Shown: piece by piece, positions 1 through 9,950 of the stretch
Position numbering within the stretch: position 1 is the first letter of the stretch
Layout: every line of letters starts with the position of its first letter
NCBI GenBank assembly: GCA_030704615.1
Contig: CM060731.1
Location: forward strand, 52,142,001 to 52,206,000
Direction: 5' to 3'
Length of the DNA: 64,000 bases
Source of the DNA: Takakia lepidozioides
Taxonomy: Eukaryota; Plantae; Bryophyta
Made by a program: the position numbers and the translations under genes
Notes under the pieces: model-generated
Databases searched by the model: none
Told to the model about the DNA's origin: nothing
What the model saw: only the letters and a program-made list of their open reading frames with translations

Positions 1-2835
1 ACACCAAAAACAACTCCACAATGTCGCTCCTGCAACCCTGCCCAAACCCGGACTGACTCTTGCCTCCACCTACGGAAAGGTCTCGGCCTACAGAGAAGGT
101 GGAAAACTACGAGGAAGGGAAACTGAAGCAATGCCTATCCCCAGCACGCTCTCATCCCAACACCCTTTTTTTTCCTCTCTCTCACTTGCATGACCATGAG
201 AGCATCCTATAGACACTCCTCAAACCGGCCTCCATGAGCTCATGAAACTTGGCCTCCAAGGCCCCATGCAAGCCTCCATAGGGTCCGCCAGTGCCTCCTT
301 ACGTCCACCAGCCATTCCTCATAATAGAACCACCTCAGGAAACCACGCCGTTCACTGAAGGTTCAAAAATGGAGCAAATAGAGGTACATATAGGCCCCAA
401 CAACATTCTGTCCAAAGGAATTACCTGCAGGCTAGTCTCCCCCATAGTTAAGAATTGGGCTGAAAACCCGAAAAGATTACCTGCAGGGAAGTAATCCCCT
501 TTGTTAAAATGCAACAGGGAGGCAATTCCGACCTTTCTGCCGGATCAACTAGCTCAAAACCATTGTTCTTCAGAGCCCAGCCTCCCCATCAAGGTCCCAC
601 GAAACGAGTGAAAAAAGATTTATTTATTTATTTATTTTTTCACTCTGCGTGTTCGCGGCCTTCCGTGGCTCTAACCGCCACGACTCCTCACGCCCCGCCC
701 TAGGCGCTCGTTGGCCACGGGCTGCCCCGTGGTACCCCGTGGTACCACGCCCACGAGCCTTCACGGCCCGCCATCCCTACAATCTGGTCACCGTGCCATC
801 CCGTTGTGTCCGCACCACGGCTTCCAACGGTCACGGTCAACAGTCACGGCCTGGGCTTGTGGTATCTCGTGATACCGCCCCCACGGCCAGTCACGGCCAC
901 TGTTCCTTGCGTGCCCTGGAACTCCCAATGAATTCCCATACGTTCCCGAGGCGTTCCCGGGCGTTTCCCCTGCGTTCCTGAGCTCTCTCCGAGCTGGGGT
1001 TTGCTCCTGCACCTGCTGCCGCCAAGCTATGGCTTTTGTGAAGCCACCAGACCTGCTGCCATGCTCTCTTGGGCTCTCACGACCCACCAGAGGCACCCTA
1101 AACTCAACAAGCAAGCAATATGCTGCCCAACAAGCTCCATTTCTTCATGAAGCTCACAAAAACGAATCTGAAAATACACACCTTTACAAACTTGGTGCAC
1201 ATGCACTTCTCATGCATATCCCCTAGCTCTAGGATGCCTCGCTGCTGCCCTTCCAGCCCCGCTCTTGCCACTCCAAGAGCCCTTACACTACTGAGTTTCA
1301 GATTGAAACTCCAACTCAGCACATGCTTCATAAGTGCACTGATTTGCACAGAAGAGGGACGAGCCCCCTCTCTTCACTCATACCTCTTCATGAGCTTGGA
1401 GCTGAAGCTCCCAACGGGCTGGGATGCATCCCCTCGCAGCTCCACTATTTGGCTGCTCCTCATCTACCCGCAACAACTGATTTCGGGCAGAAATACCTGG
1501 AGCTGATCATATCATCTCCAACCTGCAACATGCTAGCTTCCCATGCGCAGCCCACATTCCTGCAGCTCCTTAACTCGGCCTAAAGCTGAAGAAGACGACC
1601 ACCAGTTCGCCCACTCATGGCCAGCATCTCCTCCGCTTCATACTAGAACTGCATACTCAGTTGCCATAGCGTTGAGCTATGCAACACTGACCGCCTCTCT
1701 ATCCATTGCAAACCTGCAACCTATTCGCCTTTGTACTCTATCCGCTTTGGATAGGGCTGAACCGCTTTTCATGATTTGAAAACACAAGTGCTACAACTAA
1801 CTCGAACCTGACACTCATAGGGCTCGAGCTAATCTTTATCGAGTGATAAAGAAAGAAAGATACAAGCACACAAGCTCTTTCAAACTCACATACTTGCACA
1901 TGAAAACATACTCATATATTAAGTCGAGCCAAGTGCACCCCACGCCATGGGGAATCCACACTACGGCGCCATAGCTAGACGCGGTGAGGCTCAACTCGAG
2001 AATGATGAGCCCACCGCGATCTGCCGTGAAGATAACAACGCCAAGTGCCCAAACATGTATTGGCCCCTGGATTGACACTTGGATCAATCCCAAATGTCAA
2101 TATATAAAAGCTAGCTATTTCCTAGCTAACTTCACACTAGTGGTAAAATAACTTGATAGGTACCTCAAGAGGTCCTGGAATATGTGCCATGATTGACACT
2201 GATGACGGCGAGGGACTCCTTGACCTGGCCGGTGGGATATAAGGGGGACTAGACATAGGGAAACCACTTGTGAACACTCGATGTCCGAAGAACTTTCAGT
2301 GTTCTCTCCTTCCCACTCTATCTTTCCCAAACTTCTAGTTTTTGAGTCTGACTCTGGACTCAAGGCTGGGATTTTCCCTAGCAAATGTTCACGGACGGCT
2401 TCTCTAGCCAGTCTTCTTTGTAACCTGGTGTTGAACGATACTTGGGAGTGTGTCTCTCCATCCTGAGCTAGACATACACTCACTGTTGTACCGACGAGGA
2501 TTCTCTTGCCTCAGTCTGTACTGAAGGACCTATATTTCCTTGAACTACCATGTCAAGAATAAACAAGGTTAAATCTGCATACCTTCCATGGAACCGTGGC
2601 GATGGAGGCACATCAATGTGCAATCGATGGTGCATTAAGGTATAACCAACCGGCCAAGGTCCTTCACAATGGAGGTTTACTATTTCATGAGCGCATGAGC
2701 CCATGAGCCCATGAGCCTATGAGCTCATGAGCGGACATCCGCGGAATTGGAATTTTCCTGCCTTTATTGACGGTGTTATGTCCTCTTACCTCGGTAATAG
2801 GGTCTGTTTCTCCTGGTCCAGGATGCGGAATGAGG

Positions 2836-3120
2836 TATTTCGGCGCCGTTATTCCCAAGAGCAGTGTGCTGAAATGGTGTTTTGAAGACATCCACCGGGG
2901 TATTTCGGCACCGAAATTACCTCTTAAAATGTGATATAGTGCGGTATTTAATGGCGCAGAACGGGCTATTTGGGCGCCGAAATACCCAAGTGGAATGTGC
3001 TGAAGTGCCTTGTGCTGAAGGCTTCCATCGCGATATTTTGGTACAGTAATTCATCCGCGGAATTTTTGAGGCCCATATAACGAAGGCGCGCATTGGGCTA
3101 TTTCGGCGCCAAATTTCCCA
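2836..3120. repeat. Left subterminal repeats of the TIR element (ATTTCGGCGCCG-type motif about every 66 bp)
   Basis: GGCGCC/GGCACC cores at 2842, 2907, 2973, about 3040 (degenerate) and 3105. Confidence 0.7.
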
Positions 3121-3357
3121 ATAGGAATGTTAGAAACGGCGGGTTTTCATGGCTTCAAGTTCTCGGCTCGATGGTGTGCATAAATTACTTGTAGGGTTCT
3201 TCACTGAAGTTTGCGTCTCTTCTGCTTTTATTATACATTTTGGTTGGCGGAAGAAATGTAGGGAATCGGACAAGCAGTCTGAACACAATGATTTTTCAAA
3301 AATATTTTCATTAAGTGTTTCAGAACTGTACAACAAAAGGATCCAAATGAGACTTTG

Positions 3358-5273
3358 CTATGGTGAGGATCCGCTATCACTGTCCGATGCATCCCCGCCC
3401 TCATGCAAGGATGGCTGCCTTCCACCTGCCTCCGAACCTGCACTGTCGCTACCGCTGTTACTCTGAGAAGCCCTCCCCTCAAAAATACCATCCTCACCAG
3501 CCGGAATTGTCCACCTGGGTGCGGAAGTGTCCTCAACATTCCCCTCGCTCTCGGACGCGGATTCTATTACGAACTTCCCTACTCTGCCTTTCACAATTCT
3601 ATGTTTGGCCTCACGCCTCATTATAATTATCTGCTCATTCCCGTATGTCAATTGCTCTAACCGAGTAGGCCTATCCTCCCTCCTGATGGCTTCTCTGGCA
3701 GCCGTGTCTGCATAGGCTGGTAGAAAAAAAGGCTTATGGGGACTCGCGAGAAACGATTTTCTGGCAAATAATGGCCGATGTGATTCTGTCTCCTCCTCTG
3801 CAACAGGGTCCGATTCGGGCAAGTCTCCCAGCTTCTCCTCGTCGGACGACTCTGCAAGGCTGAGTGTACGCACAAACATAGAATGAAGTACATTAGAGAA
3901 TTCAAACAGGGAATCATCGGCAGGTTGCATGGTCCCTACAACCAAAACCAATACACTTACTATGGTGCAACTCACTCGAAGACAGGCATTGGGGGAAGCG
4001 GCTTCGGGCGCCCCTGCATCGAACGAATTTCCTGGACTTCCTCCTCTTCATCTTCCTCCTCCCCTTCCACGTCATCTTCTGCGTTTTTGGGATCCTCAGT
4101 CGGAGGCAAACGTTGAAGGCCCGCCAAATTGTAATCGTACAAGGCCGTATCCCCCTCAAATGAGAACACAAATCGGTTCGACATCCTTCCCGCCCACATA
4201 CAGGCACCTGCAAATTCATACGACACAACCACAACCAAACTCAAAAATGAGTCGCTTCCTCGCACAAGCAAACATACACAAACGGAAATGGTGTCAATTT
4301 TGGTGCCGCATTCAATTAACGTTCTCACCTGTATTTGCAGTGATGTCGAGGACCCTGCCTTCAACATTCGTACATGTTTCCATGAGCGTCTGGGATGAAT
4401 GCAGGACTCCTGGTCCCGCCATACCTCCATGGCTTGCCCGACAAATCACAAAGAATGTCCTTCTCTCCCACATGGTTGAACATGACGTTATACTCCAGTG
4501 GATCAACTGTGGAATCAACAAGTCTTCCTGTTTCACGTAATTTGAATTTCTAATGTTTCTTCACAAAGCAAAATGCCTGAAAGATAAGAGTCTGCAGAGA
4601 AAGAAATGTCCTGGAGGTTTTGCTTCTCCGCAAGCTTCAGCAGGTTCTGATCGTCGCCAAGTCGTACCACGTTGTCGTCCTCTCCTTCTGTCAGCTCAAT
4701 GGGCCGCCCTTTTGCAGATCCAACTCCCACATCTCCAGCGGCCTCCACCGCATTCGTGTTTTTTGAAATTGACTGCAAACCCAATATCTCCGCTTCCAGT
4801 CTCCCTAGGGGTTTTACTGGCGAAGCCATGGGCTCCTTCTGCTTCCTCGACTTCCAAACTCTAGGTGGGCTTTTCTGAGGCGATATCTCAGGTGTTGAAT
4901 GAGGACTCGCCTGCCTCGATGCACTTCCACCTTGCGAGCGCAGCACCCGGGCAGGAGTATCCAAAGTTGACTGTGTTGCTTCGCCCCCCTGCGATCCCTC
5001 CCCAGCTCCCATGTCAAACAAACAGGAAAACATGAGACACTGCACGCAAAAAAAAGGTGTAAAAGGAATATTGCGTATGGAGTGCTTCATATCCGCAAAG
5101 CACGAATCTCTCACTGGTGGGCGATCCGAGTCTCCGGATAACGAGGTCTGCATTTCATGCATGAGACGGAGCTTAAGTCGTGTCGTCGGCGGCTTCCCAA
5201 AATCCCGCGTCCTCCTTCTCTTTGCCGGAGTTGCCTGACCTTCCACAAACTCTATGCTACCACTATGCCGCAT
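3358..5273 (-). pseudogene. Amino-DNA methyltransferase-like gene, copy 1 (internally deleted; N-terminal stub plus C-terminal MTase exons and acidic tail)
   Basis: Exon 4591-4329 reads TLIFQAFC...KPWRYGGTRSPAFI(frameshift)QTLMETCTNVEGRVLDITANTG. After a GT-AG intron, the exon from 4207 reads (G)ACMWAGRMSNRFVFSFEGDTALY, matching motifs X-I-II of beta-class N4/N6 MTases. The last exon (about 3853-3358) has SPHKPFFLPAYA. It carries an in-frame stop and a frameshift, and the motif IV exon is absent. Confidence 0.7.
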
Positions 5274-5519
5274 AAGGAGAGGAAACGCAGGAGAATGTCA
5301 CTGTAGAAGGGCAAGGAGCGAGAGAGCGAAGCGGTGGAACATGCAACCACTATGCACGAGCAGATGTGTAAGCAGCTACGTCTCCCGAAGCGTTGCCACC
5401 GTCCACCACTTTCTGCCGTATGAGTGATGAAGAGATTGTGACCCCTGACACGTTCGCACGGATGAAGTCGACTGGAACACGACGCGTGCCAGTTCCAGCC
5501 ACCAGTACAAGACGGTTTA

Positions 5520-6910
5520 TCCGAATTGCGGCACCGAAATACCTTCCGTTCACTGGATGTTGTTCCCGGAGCAGCCGACATTGAATGAAATATCTGCACA
5601 TCATGAAACCCAACCGCCATGAAAATCCCCTGCCTATGACATTTAACAGTAGGTCGGTACGTTTTATCAGCGGACGGATGAATTTCGGCGCCAAAATTCA
5701 TCCTATTCAAGTGCTTTCGTACACAAACTTACAAATTTCGGTGCCGCAATTCATCGCTTCCCACGTCCTCATTCGTCATGAGCAAACCTGTTAGTGGGAT
5801 ATCGGAGCCGGAATTAATTCCGGGACAGTGGAAATGGCTGCACTTGGGCACATTTCATCCATATTTCGGCACCGAAATTCATTACGAATATCTCCGTCTG
5901 CGCGTAGACGAGGTGAAATCATCCATATTTCGGCGCCGAAATTCATCCAGAGCGAAGACTAAATCGGCACCATGCTATGCTTTGCCGCCATCATTGCCCC
6001 TGACGGATGCTGTCCATGCCTGTTGGACTTGCCATTTCTGGACATTTAACTATAATTTCGGCGCCGAAATTATACTTAATGTGCGGCAACGTCCCGTGCG
6101 AAAAAGACCACTTAATGGATATTGTCGGTTTCAAAGGAAAAAAACGGCTAAAATGCAATTAATTTTGACAAAAGGGGTTCAATATGCTGATTTCTCCATT
6201 AAATACAGAATATTCCTGTTATCTTCGTCGGAACGGGCTATTTCCAACGATTTACCGAAAATTATATCATCTAGAAGCAAATAGTAAGTGTCGGGTTTGA
6301 ACGAATTTCGGCGCCAAAATTCATCCGTCGCATAGAAAATGTAATATTAGAGTTACTCATTGCGGACAGTAAGGATGAATTTCGGCGCCGAAATTCATCC
6401 ATTTCAAAGAAAAATAAATATTGGAGGGAGGGCATTGGATGAATTTCGGCGCCGAAATCCGGCGCTCAAACCCTGAAAAGAATTTGGAGGGATGGAGTCG
6501 GTTGAATTTCGGCGCCGAAATTCATTGCTCGCGAAGAAAAAAATAAAATTCGGGAGGACTTCGGATGAATTTCGGCGCCGAAATTCATTGCTCCCGAAGA
6601 AAAAAAATAAAATCGGGAGGACTACGGATGAATTTCGGCGCCGAAATTCATTGCTCCCGAAGAAAAAAATAAATTCGGAAGGACTTCGGATGAATTTCGG
6701 CGCCGAAATTCATTGCTCGCGAAGAAAAAAATAATTTCGGGAGGACTTCAGATGAATGTCGGCGCCGAAATTCATTGCTCGCAAAGAAAAAAATAATTCG
6801 GGAGGCTTCGGATGAATTTCGGCGCCGAAATTCATTGCTCGCGAAGAAAAAGGAAAATTAGAAGGGAGTACTTGGATGAGATCTGGCGCCGAAGTTCATC
6901 TGTCGCAAAG

Positions 6911-6942
<32 letters not shown>

Positions 6943-7395
6943 TCAGATGAATTTGGCACTGAAATCCATCCGCAGGGCAGCAGAATTAGGGTCGGAAAAG
7001 GAGATGAAGAATGAATTTCGGGGCCGAAATACATCCATTCTGCCGATTCAGGATTACTGTCATTCGGATGTCAGCACCGATATCCGGACACGTGGTGAAT
7101 CACGACTGTAATCAGGAACACATTCATCCGTATTTTGGCATCCAAATTCAACCCTCATGTGCAGAAACAATTTGATGAAGAAGATGTTCATCCGAATTTC
7201 GGCACCGAAATCCATCCGTTGGGTGCTTGGTTAGTTTCATGAGGTGAACAAATTACTATTTCTGTCGCCGGAATTCATCCCCTGGCTTCCAAAGTTGTTA
7301 CATGACAGATATGTTCATCCAGATTTCGGTGCCGAAATTCATGGGAAGGCCTGATTTATTGTAGCCCAAGTGGTTGTACATTACAATTCAGGCAC
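5520..7395. repeat. Array of the palindrome (GG)ATGAATTTCGGCGCCGAAATTCAT(CC) at about 62-63 bp spacing, with a core of 6 near-identical tandem units at 6503-6870
   Basis: Perfect 28-bp palindrome at 6373-6400. Cores at 6384, 6448, 6511, 6574, 6637, 6699, 6761 and 6821, with degenerate copies on both sides. Spacers contain A-tracts, and there is a poly-A run at about 6912-6940. Confidence 0.95.
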
Positions 7396-7549
7396 CAAAT
7401 ATCCGATGTGAACTTGCTGTTGTCGTCCGTTTTTGTAACGTACGTTACATACCTTCATCTTTACGTGCACCGATCACCCATCCTGTTGGATGCGGAATCT
7501 CCAGAAAATCATTTGTGTTATTAGGTAGGACACACTCTTCTCACTACAG

Positions 7550-8136
7550 GACTTCGCTGCGGAGCGTACCGAGAGGTCTCGTCTTCAACATGGACTCCCG
7601 TGTTTGGGTAAACGTGTACTTCCATCCTGATTCTCTGAAAGCTAAAATACGTTCCACGAAATCCAATTCCCAGTCGTCATCCTCCTCCCACGAGAAGCTC
7701 TTCGCCCCGCATACCGGTGGGTGACCCCGCAGCTTGGCCCACCCATCGGTGGGGGAAACTGAAAAGACGACGGCCACCAACAAAGGCGAACGACACCAGG
7801 ATGGCCAACGCTCTTGCAATGCCCTGCATAGTGCAAGGTTGCAGGGATGTTCCTCACCCCAGGATGGGGCGCATATTTCAGTTGTCAACAGCCGGGTCTG
7901 CTGCGCGCAGTGTCGTGTATACAATCACGGTTTCACAGTATCCAGCTTGCAACTGTGAGGACTTCCTTGTTATGGAATCGAAGAATGCAGCATACGTCCC
8001 CTGCAAACACCTTTATTACATTTTTCTGAAGCGCATGAGTTGCATATCCGCAGTGGACGTCTTCATCCATGCTCCAACACTGAGTTTCAACGAGCTGCAC
8101 AAGGCCCTACGGCAGGACACTGGTCGGACTGCTTGA
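7550..8136 (+). pseudogene. SWIM-type zinc-finger protein, C-terminal exon (frameshifted at about 7715)
   Basis: VYTITVSQYPACNCEDF...VPCKHLYYIFLK fits the SWIM pattern CxC-x(n)-CxH. Likely splice acceptor CAG at 7547-7549. Located inside the TIR element. Confidence 0.7.
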
Positions 8137-8819
8137 CATTCCACATTCGGGAAGGAGAAAGTGGCAATTATATTACATTCATCTTCTTGCACCCTATTTT
8201 TTTGTAAGGAATTATACACTTGGTGGTGCCGCATCGCCATGGCTACATGTGAATTTCGGTGCCACAATACATGAGAATGTGGTTTTTGGCCATGAATGGC
8301 ATGCGCATGTTTTTTTTATTTTGGTTGTCTACAAATGGATCCGAGTAAAGCATACATTGTGTGGAGATTAACGGGCATTGAGGCCTATTTCAGCGCCGTT
8401 TATGGTCTATGTACTGCATAGTGCTTCCTTGTTACTGCTCTTCATTCAATTTGTAGTGATTTCGCAGCCCATCCTGGCGTTTTCGTCCACCTTTATGAGA
8501 AGACTCCAATTTGCTACAAATACATTGTTACTGTTCTGCAAATGTGATGCCTTTACAAGATTGCTAGTTTTGTGTCCCAGTGGGAAGGGTCCTACTGCAC
8601 ATTCGAGCATTTGCATACTGCACCTTGTGCAAACATCAATCCATACGACAAAAGACACGTCCCAGCATACTGGCAGTGAATTGCAAAAAACCTTAACAGA
8701 AGATTATCCAAGCATGTATATTCCCCATATGGCACAGGGAAGCTGCTTGATTTCTGAATGAAAATGTATGTGCCATGAGTGTCGGCGAGTCGAAACATGT
8801 CTACTCTAGCATGCAAGAC

Positions 8820-9419
8820 CTATGGTCCCCTCGCCCAAGAAGAAGGAACTCTAACTGGCCTCTCAAGGACCTCCTGAGTGACCGGGTGCCTATATTTGAA
8901 CAAAATGTCAGTGGTTTCTGTCGCCCGGTTGAAACTAACGAGGATGTCGTGTTTATCGATAGCGCCCCCTTGGTAGAAGGACATTTTCACAGTGGGCCCT
9001 GTGTTCCCCTCCTCCTCATCCTCATAACTGAAGAGAATGTCCCCACTTTCCGAGTCAGTCCGTCCACGCGTAAAGTTTTCACCTATGCACTCATCATACG
9101 TCCACTCGCAACAATTCCAGCGATACAGCAACGCTGTGCGTGATCTGTTCGGCTCCCACTCATGCGGAAAGTCCAGGTCCATGATGCGTAGGAACCATCT
9201 ACTCCCCAGCCGGGGTCCAGGAGAATCGTGCAATCCTGGAAGAAACTCCATTGCTCTCAGCTGGACAAGTCGAGGATCGTCCCTGTAAACATCCAGGAAA
9301 ACAATGATGTCGTGTGCTTTCGGGAAAATGACTCCCGTCTGGCGTCGATAGATGTGATTCGGGCACGACATGGCCTCACGACATAGCACAAACTCAAAGC
9401 AGGGAGGAGATGGGCACAA
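8820..9419 (-). CDS. Orphan ORF (about 183-199 aa) inside the TIR element, function unknown
   Basis: Uninterrupted ORF with globular-looking composition (MSCPNHIY...FLDVYRDDPRLVQLRAMEFLP...KMSFYQGGAIDKHDILVSF). It reads inward from the right TIR. Confidence 0.5.
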   Translation of the reverse strand: MCPSPPCFEFVLCREAMSCPNHIYRRQTGVIFPKAHDIIVFLDVYRDDPRLVQLRAMEFLPGLHDSPGPRLGSRWFLRIMDLDFPHEWEPNRSRTALLYRWNCCEWTYDECIGENFTRGRTDSESGDILFSYEDEEEGNTGPTVKMSFYQGGAIDKHDILVSFNRATETTDILFKYRHPVTQEVLERPVRVPSSWARGP

Positions 9420-9489
9420 TAGAGAAGAGTGAAGAGCAAAATGAGAGCAAGGCCTCCCTTACCGTAAGGCGGGTATTTGCTCTCCGGAG

Positions 9490-9950
9490 CCCAATTTTGG
9501 CGCCGTTATTGGATGGAGTGCGGAAGCTTCAGCCAAGAATTTTGTTTCCGCAGGTCAATTTTGGCGCCGTTATTGGTTGCAATCCCTAGCCTTCAGCCGG
9601 GTATTTGGTTTCTGGACCCAATTTCGGCGCCGTTATCGGCTGCACTCCGGTGGCTTCAACCGAGTATTTGGTTTTCGGGGCCCATTTCGGCGCCGTTATC
9701 GCCTGCACTCCGGGTATTTGGTTGGTGGAGCCCAATTACTTTCACCGTTGTTGGCTTCACTCCCGAGCCTTTAGCCGGCTATTTCTTTTCCTGTGCCCAA
9801 TTACGGCGCCGTTATACCCAACCATCATGCACTTCTGCAACAGTACTATCCACGGTTATAGGTCGCCATTGCGTTTTCGGAGTCTGCAAACCCGGATCCT
9901 AATTCCGCTTGCGTCTCTGCCTCTGGGATAATTTCGGTGCCGTTATTGCC
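9490..9950. repeat. Right subterminal repeats of the TIR element (CCAATTT(T/C)GGCGCCGTTAT about every 63 bp)
   Basis: GGCGCC cores at 9499, 9563, 9626, 9689 and 9805, plus GGTGCC at about 9936. Confidence 0.8.

Noticed and set aside
6492-7111. ORFs with repeated EFRRRNS / MNFGAEIH peptides
   Set aside because: They are translations of the DNA palindrome array and poly-A run, and the same peptides appear on both strands.
5520-7395. CRISPR array (palindromic repeat of about 28 bp with spacers of about 35 bp)
   Set aside because: The central spacers are near-identical rather than unique, the repeat is a loopless perfect palindrome, there are no cas genes, and the context is a eukaryotic transposon.
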